DNA of 64,000 nt from Candidatus Omnitrophota bacterium (lineage in GTDB: Bacteria; Omnitrophota; Gorgyraeia; Gygaellales; UBA12090): contig JAUSCZ010000035.1 in NCBI GenBank assembly GCA_030674475.1, positions 6,432 through 70,431 on the forward strand, read 5' to 3'. This document shows positions 1 to 7,611 of this stretch, piece by piece. A program made the position numbers and the translations under genes. The first letter of the stretch is position 1. Each line of letters begins with the position of its first letter. The notes beneath the pieces were generated by a model, which did not search any database, was not told where the DNA came from, and was given only the letters and a program-made list of their open reading frames with translations.

Positions 1-720
1 TTCTAAGTTAGTGTTGGCGCTTAACTCATAGCCCGCGTTTATGCCGCCTAACGTTGTATCGTCATTTAAGGTAGAAACATTTTCCGCAATCTTGGCATAG
101 ATTAAATCCAGGATTAAAGGATTGTAATCTAACCTGGCGCGGATGGCATCAAAAGACTTACGGCTGCTCAAATCGCCTTCGGCTAAACTGGAAGCTAAAG
201 CGATTCCATTGGTATCGGGATCACCCACAATCCAGCCATTACCAAAGCGCAGTTCCTGACGGCCTACGGTCAAGGTCATAGCCGGAGTAAGAAACTCTCT
301 TAAGGTAATAGAAGCTAAATCCAGATCAAATTGCCTTTCAGTAGCGGCAGCGTTTGCTGTAGTGAAACCAATATTTCTATTGCTTCCGGTAGTACCAGTA
401 GCACTATCACCATTCCAGTTTCTCTCATTGATTAACCGGACGCTGGTAGAAACATTATCGGTCAGGTCAGCATCAACTTTTACCCGGGTAATCGAGAGAA
501 AATCGCTCTGGTTATCCTGATTACTGTTTGCTCCTACAGAATTAGCCACACTACTGCTTTTATCTAAACTGCTTTTATCTAAATCCAAATTGCTACGGGC
601 TACCCCGGACACATTAATATCACCGCTGATCTTTACATTTTGCACCGCGGCAAATGCCGGCAGAGCCACAAAGCCTGCTAAGGCCACTAAGCATAAACCT
701 AATCCTATGCGTCTTACCAT
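1..720 (-). CDS. Partial (C-terminus off window) outer-membrane porin-like secreted protein; start codon at 718-720
   Basis: Reverse-strand translation from 720 gives MVRRIGLGLCLVALAGFVALPAFAAVQNVKISGDINVSG..., i.e. a signal peptide followed by alternating beta-strand-like sequence rich in G/S/N/D/T. AGGAGG Shine-Dalgarno lies about 8 nt upstream (reverse complement of 726-731). Not in the ORF track because it runs off the window edge. Confidence 0.5.
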   Translation of the reverse strand, partial: MVRRIGLGLCLVALAGFVALPAFAAVQNVKISGDINVSGVARSNLDLDKSSLDKSSSVANSVGANSNQDNQSDFLSITRVKVDADLTDNVSTSVRLINERNWNGDSATGTTGSNRNIGFTTANAAATERQFDLDLASITLREFLTPAMTLTVGRQELRFGNGWIVGDPDTNGIALASSLAEGDLSSRKSFDAIRARLDYNPLILDLIYAKIAENVSTLNDDTTLGGINAGYELSANTNLE

Positions 721-1228
721 TTGCTTGCCTCCTTTTTGGTTTGTATCTGTATTCCTATTTTCATTAATATGTATTTTCATCTTTTTATTTATTTCCACGC
801 GAGCTATTTAGACTCGCGGATTATTTTTAAAAGACCTTTATATCGTAATGCTGGCTTCCTTGATAGTTACCGGCTTTTGATTTATCATCCTCCTTTTCGC
901 CTGTAAGATTATAACTATCCCAGCACTATAATTGTTCTATTTTTATCATACCGTAGAGGCTTTGTCAAGAGAAAAATGAAAAAATTTGATTTTTCCCCTC
1001 ACCTAACCTCTCCCACAAGGGGAGAGGAAACGGTTACAAAAAAATGATTTTTTATTCTTCCAACCTTTTTTGCTTTCTCTCTTTAGTTATTTTATTTTTA
1101 AGCTCGGCCTCTTCAGCCTCAAGTTGTTTTTCTTTAAGCTCAGGCATTGATGCCACCAGCTCAGCGCATCTGTCCTGGGCCTTTTTTCTCCAGGGGTCAT
1201 CCTCAATTACCTCCCCTACCCCTCCTTG

Positions 1229-1696
1229 TTAAGGAGGGGATAAGAAATCCTCCCTTAAGCCCATCTCCGCTCTCTTGGCCCAATAGGAAACAGCCTTATC
1301 CATTTGGTTTTGGCTTTCGTAAAACAAGGCTAAGTTAGCATACGGCCCGGTAAGCTCCTGATCCAGCTTGATTGCCGTTAAATAGGCCTTCTCGGCAAGT
1401 TCCGGAGAATCCATAGTTTCATGCATTATACCTATATCATTATAAGCGGCGGCTAAGGACGGATCTATTTCTATTGCCTTCTGAAATAAGCTTAGGGCTA
1501 CCTCTATATTTCCCGACTTCTGTAATCTTAAGCCATCCAGGCGATACATTCTGGCCTGTTTTTGAGATTCACTCAGCTTGGTTTCGCTCGCTAAGGGCGG
1601 GTTCGGTTCATCCGCGAAAATAAAACCAGCGCGGAAACTAAAAAAAATGTTTACCGCGCTGATTACCAAAATCATCCGGTAATGTCTTTTCAGCAT
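1229..1696 (-). CDS. TPR-repeat protein with N-terminal signal/TM segment
   Basis: Tetratricopeptide-like helical repeats (AIEIDPSLAAAYNDIGIMHE..., AEKAYLTAIKLDQELTGPYANLALFYESQNQMDKAVSYW). The C-terminal tail reads into a family-A palindromic repeat. Confidence 0.55.
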   Translation of the reverse strand: MLKRHYRMILVISAVNIFFSFRAGFIFADEPNPPLASETKLSESQKQARMYRLDGLRLQKSGNIEVALSLFQKAIEIDPSLAAAYNDIGIMHETMDSPELAEKAYLTAIKLDQELTGPYANLALFYESQNQMDKAVSYWAKRAEMGLREDFLSPP

Positions 1697-1819
1697 AGCT
1701 TAACTATAATAATTTAAGATAGTTTTGTCAAGTAAAATCTGCCTCTGGCGCTTAGATTTTACTTGCCTGCCTGCCGGCAGGCAGGATTCTGAGCTCTGCG
1801 AAGAATCTTAAAAAGCGGA

Positions 1820-2296
1820 TTATTTTATCGGCTTATCGGTTTTGCGCGGAGAGGCCTGGGACTTGGGGGCGATGGATACGGTTATGACTGAGCGGTTATC
1901 CTTACCTTCAACAGTAATAATACAGGCTTCCTGATCCTTCTCAAAGCTAAGCAGGCGCCTTTCGTATTCCACTATATTAACCAGATTCCAGCCATACATC
2001 GGCATCTGCTCTTTAAAAAAGACAATCACCTGGTCTCCGCCGCCTTTACCTTTATACCTTAATAATCCGGCCCGGAAATTAGTGCTCTGGAAGGCGTAAG
2101 ATTCCTCAGGGACAAAAACAAATCCGGCCGGCACCGGCACATCCTGCATCTTCAACATTGCCGCCGGCTCAAGAGAGGGAACCTGGGTGGGGTCTGACCT
2201 GCCCCTTGAGGTAGAGACACAGCCGGATAAAGATAAAACGAGAATAAAAATTAAAATACAAACTAAACTGCTGAATTTATAATTTGTCCGCGGCAT
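1820..2296 (-). CDS. Hypothetical lipoprotein
   Basis: Signal peptide with lipobox LSLSGC. Confidence 0.45.
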   Translation of the reverse strand: MPRTNYKFSSLVCILIFILVLSLSGCVSTSRGRSDPTQVPSLEPAAMLKMQDVPVPAGFVFVPEESYAFQSTNFRAGLLRYKGKGGGDQVIVFFKEQMPMYGWNLVNIVEYERRLLSFEKDQEACIITVEGKDNRSVITVSIAPKSQASPRKTDKPIK

Positions 2297-2428
2297 TCTT
2301 ATCCTCCTTTAATAACCTACTTCAGATCAACGAGGGTCAACGTGTAGTGTAGGGGTCAGCGTAAGCTGACCCTGCAATGTCGCTGCCTTACGGCAGCCGC
2401 TACTATATGAAATGAACATAATTTAGTA

Positions 2429-3076
2429 TTATAACAATTTCTCCAGGAATGTCTTTTGAACAGCGTAAATCCTCTCTATCTCGTCTTCCTTAAGCCCGGC
2501 TGAGAGGGCGGCATTCTTTAAGTCATTTATGGATAAAATGTCTTCCGGTTTATGGCTGTCGTTGTCAATAATTAAGTTAGCTCCGGTTTTTCTGGCTATT
2601 TCCACTATATGAGAATTGCCCTGAGAATGGCCTCTGCGGGTAGTTATTTCCAGGAAGATGCCTTTTTCTTTGGCCAGCAAAGCGTCGGCTTCGCTGATAT
2701 TACCCGGATGGGCCAGGATATTGATATCCGAAAGCAGGGCCGCCCGGTTGGTTCCTATAGTTACCGGTTCAACCGGAGATTCTCCGTGGCCGATAATAAT
2801 TTTTATTCCCGCTTTTCGGGCAAACTTAGTCAAAGGTAAAAATTGTTCTAAAGGGATATGGGTCAACTCTACTCCGGGAAGCACTTTTATCTTGGAGCCT
2901 TTAGGCCAGTTTTGACAAAATTCAATTATGGCCCGGGTGTTGGTTTTGATATTACTATAATCACCGTGGTCGGTAATGGCGATTATTTGATAACCCTTTT
3001 CTTCGTAACGCCGGGCAATCTCAGAAGGCAGTAAACAGCCGTCGCTGAGCAGGGAATGAGTATGGAGGTCATACAT
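2429..3076 (-). CDS. PHP-domain metal-dependent phosphoesterase
   Basis: N-terminal MYDLHTHSLLSDG motif typical of PHP/histidinol-phosphatase-family proteins, plus later His/Asp clusters. Confidence 0.65.
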   Translation of the reverse strand: MYDLHTHSLLSDGCLLPSEIARRYEEKGYQIIAITDHGDYSNIKTNTRAIIEFCQNWPKGSKIKVLPGVELTHIPLEQFLPLTKFARKAGIKIIIGHGESPVEPVTIGTNRAALLSDINILAHPGNISEADALLAKEKGIFLEITTRRGHSQGNSHIVEIARKTGANLIIDNDSHKPEDILSINDLKNAALSAGLKEDEIERIYAVQKTFLEKLL

Positions 3077-3093
3077 CTTTTAGTTTTTTCTTA

Positions 3094-3149
3094 GTAAGGG
3101 CGGGTTCGAACCCGCCCTTACGATAGTGGGGTTCGAACCCGCCCCTACT
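3094..3149. repeat. Two adjacent family-C palindromes (GGGCGGGTTCGAACCCGCCC type)
   Basis: Perfect inverted repeat gtaagggcgggttcgaacccgcccttac, followed by an imperfect copy agtggggttcgaacccgcccctact. Related copies lie at 5739-5766 and 22369-22399. Confidence 0.6.
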
Positions 3150-3156
3150 GTATTAC

Positions 3157-3229
3157 TGCCCCTGGCAAGAATCGAACTTGCCCACGCGGTTTAGGAAACC
3201 AATGCTCTATCCTTATGAGCTACAGGGGC
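3157..3229 (-). tRNA. tRNA-Arg (anticodon CCU)
   Basis: Reverse complement reads GCCCCTGTAGCTCATAAGGATAGAGCATTGGTTTCCTAAACCGCGTGGGCAAGTTCGATTCTTGCCAGGGGCA. It has a 7-bp acceptor stem, a D-arm GCTC/GAGC, an anticodon loop TTCCTAA (anticodon CCT), a T-arm GCAAG-TTCGATT-CTTGC and discriminator A. CCA is not encoded. One mismatch at the top of the anticodon stem. Confidence 0.7.
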
Positions 3230-3466
3230 GGGAATACATCGTTTTAGGCGCTCTCTATTAAATCCTGATTTTAAAGCTTTTTCACGTGCTCTGGCAGCTT
3301 TACGTGAATCTAATTCTTCGTAACGCAGTAAAACCCATGGTTTAAAAAATTTTGTAGATTTTGTTTTTCCAGCATTATGTTCTTTTATTCTCGTGTTAAG
3401 ATTTTGAGTTAATCCTATATATATTCTATTATGCTTAACAGATCGCAATACATATACATAGTACAT
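3191..3466 (-). CDS. Small GIY-YIG nuclease-superfamily protein (COG2827/UPF0213-like)
   Basis: MYYVYVLRS...RIYIGLTQNLNTRIKEHNAGK..TKFFKPWVLLRYEE matches the GIY-YIG / URI-domain small-protein signature. The C-terminal 13 codons overlap the tRNA-Arg gene. Confidence 0.7.
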   Translation of the reverse strand: MYYVYVLRSVKHNRIYIGLTQNLNTRIKEHNAGKTKSTKFFKPWVLLRYEELDSRKAARAREKALKSGFNRERLKRCIPAPVAHKDRALVS

Positions 3467-3510
3467 TTTATTTTATAGAGCCACTGCTCCCTGCCTGCCG
3501 GCAGGCAGGT

Positions 3511-3534
3511 ATCCTTATGAGCTACAGGGGCGGG
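3511..3534. repeat. Direct repeat of tRNA-Arg 5' end (24 bp) flanking the GIY-YIG ORF
   Basis: atccttatgagctacaggggcggg at 3511-3534 is identical to 3209-3232 (tRNA nucleotides 1-21 plus 3 flanking nt). Confidence 0.7.
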
Positions 3535-3537
3535 CGG

Positions 3538-4098
3538 TTATTCGCCTTCAAAATGCACTAAGGAAACAATGGGGTAGTTTTTGAGCTTCTCTCTTCCTTT
3601 TAAGTCAACCAGCTCAATCACAAAGGCCAGGCCAACCACCTTAGCCCCTTGAGCTTCAACTAAGTCTGCCACCGCCCTGACTGTGCCTCCGGTAGCCAGC
3701 AAATCATCAATGATTAAAACCTTATCCCCCGGATTTAAGGCGTCCTGGTGGATTTCCAGGGTATCCGTGCCGTATTCCAAATTATAGGTAATACCTTTGG
3801 TCTTGGCGGGAAGCTTTCCTTTTTTGCGGACAGGGATGAAGCCAAGATTAAGCCTGGTGGCCAAGGCCCCACCGAAGATAAAACCCCGAGCCTCAACCCC
3901 CACCACGTAATCAATTTTTTCCTGGGCGAATTTCTGAGCAATAAGTTCTACAGACTCCTTAAATGCCTTTTTGTCTTTGATTAAGGTAGTGATATCCCGG
4001 AATAAAATTCCCGGTTTGGGAAAATCCGGAATGCTGCGAATGCTTTTAGCTAAGTCAACTTTCTCAGGCATATTTGGCCTCCATATCGTTGACGACAA
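3538..4098 (-). CDS. apt: Adenine phosphoribosyltransferase
   Basis: PRTase motif VLIIDDLLATGGT and overall APRT-like sequence. True start is probably the internal M (MPEKVDL). Confidence 0.8.
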   Translation of the reverse strand: MSSTIWRPNMPEKVDLAKSIRSIPDFPKPGILFRDITTLIKDKKAFKESVELIAQKFAQEKIDYVVGVEARGFIFGGALATRLNLGFIPVRKKGKLPAKTKGITYNLEYGTDTLEIHQDALNPGDKVLIIDDLLATGGTVRAVADLVEAQGAKVVGLAFVIELVDLKGREKLKNYPIVSLVHFEGE

Positions 4099-4099
4099 A

Positions 4100-4152
4100 A
4101 CTACTTTTCTTACCCCTCCCCGCCTCCCCTTGGTAAGGGGAGGATTTCTTCC
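4100..4152. repeat. Family-A palindromic element (CCCCTCCCCGCCTCCCC-TTGGTAA-GGGGAGG...)
   Basis: cttacccctccccgcctccccttggtaaggggaggatttcttcccc. Related copies at about 985-1032, 1196-1258, 5047-5100, 5108-5178 (inverted), 11738-11786, 15786-15870 (two tandem copies) and 62816-62862. Confidence 0.7.
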
Positions 4153-4179
4153 CCGCTTGAAATTCCAAAAAACTATGAA

Positions 4180-5034
4180 TTAATTCTTCCTTGGCTTAAC
4201 GCAGGATTCCCGGAGGACGAGTTTGGCCGGCAATACTGTTTTTACCGGCAGTTTGGCCTTGCCCTGGGAAATCTGGTGCAGGGTTTCTAATCCCAACTGG
4301 CCCATCTCGACAATCGGCTGTCTCACTGTGGTCAGGCCGACTGAAGAATACATCGCCACCGGATTATCGTCAAAACCGACTATGGAAAGGTCCTCCGGAA
4401 TAGCTAAGCCCTCTTTTTTGGCCAGGTCTATGGCCTCTAAGGCCATAACATCGGAGGCGGCGAATATGGCGGTGGGCCTGGTGTTTAGATGCAGAAGTTT
4501 TTCCGCGGACTGGCGGGCCGGGGTGCGCAGAAAATTACCTATGGTAATATACTCGTCCTTTAAGGGAATATTATGTTTGGCCAGGGCTTCTTTATAGCCT
4601 TTAAGCCTGGCCTTTCCCGCTTGAGTGCTTAGGTCTCCGGCAATGGTGGCGATCTTTTTATGGCCTAACTTTATAAGATATTCCATCGCCTCCAGGGCCG
4701 CTTTTTCGTTATCTATTGAAATACAGTTTATGTTTTCCGTAAAGTGGTTATTCAGGACTAAATAAGGAATGCCTTTGGCAATTACCTTTAATAAGGTGGC
4801 CTTGTCTCCGTTGATGTCGGCAAACAAAATCCCGTCAATATAGCTTGAGTTTAAAATCGGCCAGCTCAGCCAGTCTTCATGCTGGAGCCTTTCGGTGATA
4901 TGAATAATTACATCCGCTTTCAGGTGGCTGGCTGAAAGGCTTACCCCTTTAATGATCTCCGAGGCGTAAAAAGAATGCAGGACATCCTCAAAGCGGGGAA
5001 CTATCAGAGCAAAGGCTGTGGGTTTGGTTTTCAT
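4180..5034 (-). CDS. LacI/GalR-family ligand-binding (periplasmic-binding-protein-like) domain protein lacking the N-terminal HTH
   Basis: Full-length similarity to LacI-family sugar-binding cores (LSIVGFDD..., ...TTVRQP...). The ORF begins MKTKPTAFALIVP with AGGAGA Shine-Dalgarno and no upstream in-frame DNA-binding domain. Confidence 0.55.
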   Translation of the reverse strand: MKTKPTAFALIVPRFEDVLHSFYASEIIKGVSLSASHLKADVIIHITERLQHEDWLSWPILNSSYIDGILFADINGDKATLLKVIAKGIPYLVLNNHFTENINCISIDNEKAALEAMEYLIKLGHKKIATIAGDLSTQAGKARLKGYKEALAKHNIPLKDEYITIGNFLRTPARQSAEKLLHLNTRPTAIFAASDVMALEAIDLAKKEGLAIPEDLSIVGFDDNPVAMYSSVGLTTVRQPIVEMGQLGLETLHQISQGKAKLPVKTVLPAKLVLRESCVKPRKN

Positions 5035-5046
5035 TATTATCTCCTG

Positions 5047-5178
5047 GTCTTAAATTACCTCCCCTACCCCTCCTTGTAAAGGAGGGGATAAGAAATCTTC
5101 CTCTTAGTACCGCCGCTGGCGGGGCAAGCAGGGCGGGGAAGAAATCCTCCCCTTACCAAGGGGAGGCGGGGTGGGGTT
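5047..5178. repeat. Two family-A palindromic elements in opposite orientation
   Basis: aattacctcccctacccctccttgtaaaggaggggataagaaatcttcc, then ggggaagaaatcctccccttaccaaggggaggcggggtggggtt (reverse complement of the 4100 copy). Confidence 0.7.
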
Positions 5179-5217
5179 AAAAAAGTGGCTTTACAGTAAA
5201 CGAATTAATTTACCCAA

Positions 5218-5820
5218 TCAAAACTTTTCCCGGCTCGGTCGGGATCCCGATACTGCGTCGGGAAAAGAACCTAATTTATTAATAACCCAGCTGGTTTTTT
5301 TGAGTTCTTCCCATTGGACTGGCGAAGACAGCCCTCCCCAGGAAGCAATCAAAAGAGATATCCGGATAATCCAGCCTAAGGTGTTTATTTCTTTATGCAA
5401 GGCTACAGATAAAATTATATTGGTGATAATCGCGCTTAAGACAATAAAACTGCCGGTTTGGACCGGCAAGAAATACAATTCTTTCTTTAAGCCCTGGGCA
5501 TTATCCACCAGCGCGCTGGTTTTGGCGCAGGTGGTTATCTTATCCTGCCAGGAATAAAAAAGCCTGGAGATTTTTTTTACTACCGCGCTATTCTCTAAGA
5601 TTGCCGGATTAGGCTGGTCGTTTATCTCGGTTATCCTGCCTAAAAAACTGTATCTGAAATTGGTCTTGGTTCCTTGCCAAAACCGCTTGAGTGTTTTATG
5701 AATTTGACTGTTTTGGTATATTTTATCAAACCTGGATTCCAGTAGGGGCGAGTTCGAACCCGCCCCTCCAACGATGTTTTTTATAGTCCGGATTGTCTGG
5801 CTGCTCTGAGTAAGGTTCAT
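5218..5820 (-). CDS. Hypothetical membrane protein; N-terminal region contains an in-frame family-C palindrome
   Basis: TM-rich C-terminal half. Residues IVGGAGSNSPLLES are encoded by the palindrome at 5739-5766. The start codon is uncertain. Confidence 0.35.
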   Translation of the reverse strand: MNLTQSSQTIRTIKNIVGGAGSNSPLLESRFDKIYQNSQIHKTLKRFWQGTKTNFRYSFLGRITEINDQPNPAILENSAVVKKISRLFYSWQDKITTCAKTSALVDNAQGLKKELYFLPVQTGSFIVLSAIITNIILSVALHKEINTLGWIIRISLLIASWGGLSSPVQWEELKKTSWVINKLGSFPDAVSGSRPSREKF

Positions 5821-5825
5821 ATAAA

Positions 5826-6497
5826 TTATTTTTGTTTTTGTTTTGTTTCGCCTTGAGAAGATTCAATCATCCTGATTCTTTCTTTTAGGATGCCGATCTC
5901 CTGGTTCAGGAGGGATATTTTTTGCTCTAAGGGCATAAGCGCATCTTTTATCTTATCGCCGGCTTCCGGCGCTACGACCACGCCCGCCACAGGCAGATAC
6001 AACGCCTCTAATTTATACTTAGCGCTGATAAAATCAATCATAGAATTGGCTTTAATTGGTTTTCCTTTATAGTATAAGACATTATCCTTAAATTCCGCTT
6101 TTATTCTAAGCAGAGCGGGAATTTTCTTGAGCACCGGGTCGTCCTTAATTAATTTTTGTTGTTCTCCCAGATCAATCTCGTAAGCTACAGGGACAGCTTT
6201 GCCTAAAGAAATAATCTCGGCGATAACCTCGCCTTTTTCATTTACTTCCCGATCCCCTTTTGCAATGAGCCTGGCAGTTTCCGGATCCAGCTTATTTAAA
6301 ATAAAATTAAGCTCGGTTTCGATAAATGTTTTAGGAATTTCAACTGCCGGCACAGGCGTATTCTGGGGAGGTTTTTTATTAAAGATTTTATAGCCGAAGT
6401 AAAACATCGGGGTTAGGCAAAGAAAAAACAAAAGCACCAGAAAATCAATCACATTTATCTTGCCGAATAATTTTCCTTTTTCGTCAATAATTTTCAA
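5826..6497 (-). CDS. DUF4330-like membrane-anchored protein with C-terminal coiled coil (TTG start)
   Basis: N-terminus MKIIDEKGKLFGKINVIDFLVLLFFL resembles the DUF4330 family. TTG start preceded by GGAGA. The leader carries a duplicated palindromic motif. Confidence 0.45.
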   Translation of the reverse strand: MKIIDEKGKLFGKINVIDFLVLLFFLCLTPMFYFGYKIFNKKPPQNTPVPAVEIPKTFIETELNFILNKLDPETARLIAKGDREVNEKGEVIAEIISLGKAVPVAYEIDLGEQQKLIKDDPVLKKIPALLRIKAEFKDNVLYYKGKPIKANSMIDFISAKYKLEALYLPVAGVVVAPEAGDKIKDALMPLEQKISLLNQEIGILKERIRMIESSQGETKQKQK

Positions 6498-6722
6498 CTG
6501 AAAGTCTCCTTACAAGTGCGATAAATCGCGCCGCTACACGACACGGACGATTCAAGCTCTATTTTCATACTCATTGGTGCCTCGCCTTTGGCGGGGCATG
6601 ACTGTTTCAACTAAAAATCTCCTCTTAAGCGCGATAAATCGCGCCGCTACGGAACGCGGATAACCCAAACTCTATTTTCATCCTCATTGGTGCCTCGCGG
6701 ACAACGGGGGATGATTATTTTA
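6497..6722 (-). repeat. Tandem duplication (two units of about 110 bp) of the 5' leader/start region, each with the GTAGCGGCGCGATTTATCGCGC palindromic motif plus Shine-Dalgarno plus TTGAAA
   Basis: Two aligned units on the minus strand. They share GCGAGGCACCAATGAG(G/T)ATGAAAATAGAG...GTAGCGGCGCGATTTATCGC(G/A)C...AGGAGA...AGTTGAAA. A third copy of the palindrome lies at 56283-56305. Confidence 0.65.
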
Positions 6723-6723
6723 T

Positions 6724-7536
6724 TTAACCTTCCTTTTCCTGGGCTGATACTAACTTACGCAGTTTTTTAAGAGCTATCTTTTCAATCTGCCTTATCCTCT
6801 CCCGGGAAACATTTAGTTTTTTGGCTATCTGGGCCAGGGTATGCTGTTTCTCATCCTGCAGGCCAAAACGCAAATCCAAGATCCTGCGTTCGCGCTCAGT
6901 CATATGGTCCAGGAGGCCGCTTATCCTTTCTTTGTCCATAACCTTGGAGATTTTTTCTTGCGGGGATTCGGCATTGGTATCCTCAACCATATCCCTAACC
7001 TTATCCTCCCCTTCTTCCCCGATAGGGGCCTCTAAAGAAGAGGTTTTGGAGACCCAAGAGCTTACCTGTTTGAGTTTCTTCACGGTAACCTTCATTGCCT
7101 TGGCCAACTCATCATCGTTAGGCAGGCGGCCTAATTTCTGGGACAGCGACTCATTAGTCTTTTTCCACTTGTAAATCGTCTCACCCATATACACCGGCAG
7201 GCGAATAAGCCGGGATTGATCCGAGATGGCCCTGCCGATGGCCTGCCTTATCCACCAGGCGGAATAAGTGGAAAAACGGAACCCCCGAAGCGGGTTAAAC
7301 TTATCCACTGCCCGCATCAAGCCCATATTTCCTTCCTCAATCAAATCCATAAGCGGCAGGCCAAAATAAGCATAGCGCTTGGCAATATTGATTACGATCC
7401 GCAGATTCGCGCGGATCATTTGTTTACGCGCCTCTTTATCTCCCCGCTTTACCTTTTTGGCTATCTCCAGCTCTTCCTTAGGGGTAAGCAGGGGAATATT
7501 ACGGATATCTTTCAGATAAGCTTTAAGTGATTCCAT
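6724..7536 (-). CDS. Sigma-70 family RNA polymerase sigma factor (RpoD/RpoS-type, regions 1.2-4)
   Basis: Region 2 motifs DLIEEGNMGLMRAVDKF and TYSAWWIRQAI. Region 4 HTH TLAQIAKKLNVSRERIRQIE. Confidence 0.8.
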   Translation of the reverse strand: MESLKAYLKDIRNIPLLTPKEELEIAKKVKRGDKEARKQMIRANLRIVINIAKRYAYFGLPLMDLIEEGNMGLMRAVDKFNPLRGFRFSTYSAWWIRQAIGRAISDQSRLIRLPVYMGETIYKWKKTNESLSQKLGRLPNDDELAKAMKVTVKKLKQVSSWVSKTSSLEAPIGEEGEDKVRDMVEDTNAESPQEKISKVMDKERISGLLDHMTERERRILDLRFGLQDEKQHTLAQIAKKLNVSRERIRQIEKIALKKLRKLVSAQEKEG

Positions 7537-7611
7537 GAACCCTCGCTTTGCTCGGGAGTTACCAGAGGCCAGTTACCAGAGGCCAGATTTCTCCTGGTTA
7601 CTGGTTTCTGG

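Noticed and set aside
590-811. Plus-strand 73-aa ORF at the left edge
   Set aside because: It overlaps the start and signal peptide of the better-supported minus-strand porin-like gene and its promoter region. The translation has a hydrophobic low-complexity tail and no ribosome-binding site.
3094-3149. GGGCGGGTTCGAACCCGCCC hairpins as possible tRNA pseudogenes or integrase att half-sites
   Set aside because: I tried to fit them to a T-arm plus acceptor register and could not. They are self-complementary palindromes rather than tRNA 3' halves, and no integrase gene is nearby. They are retained only as a repeat family.
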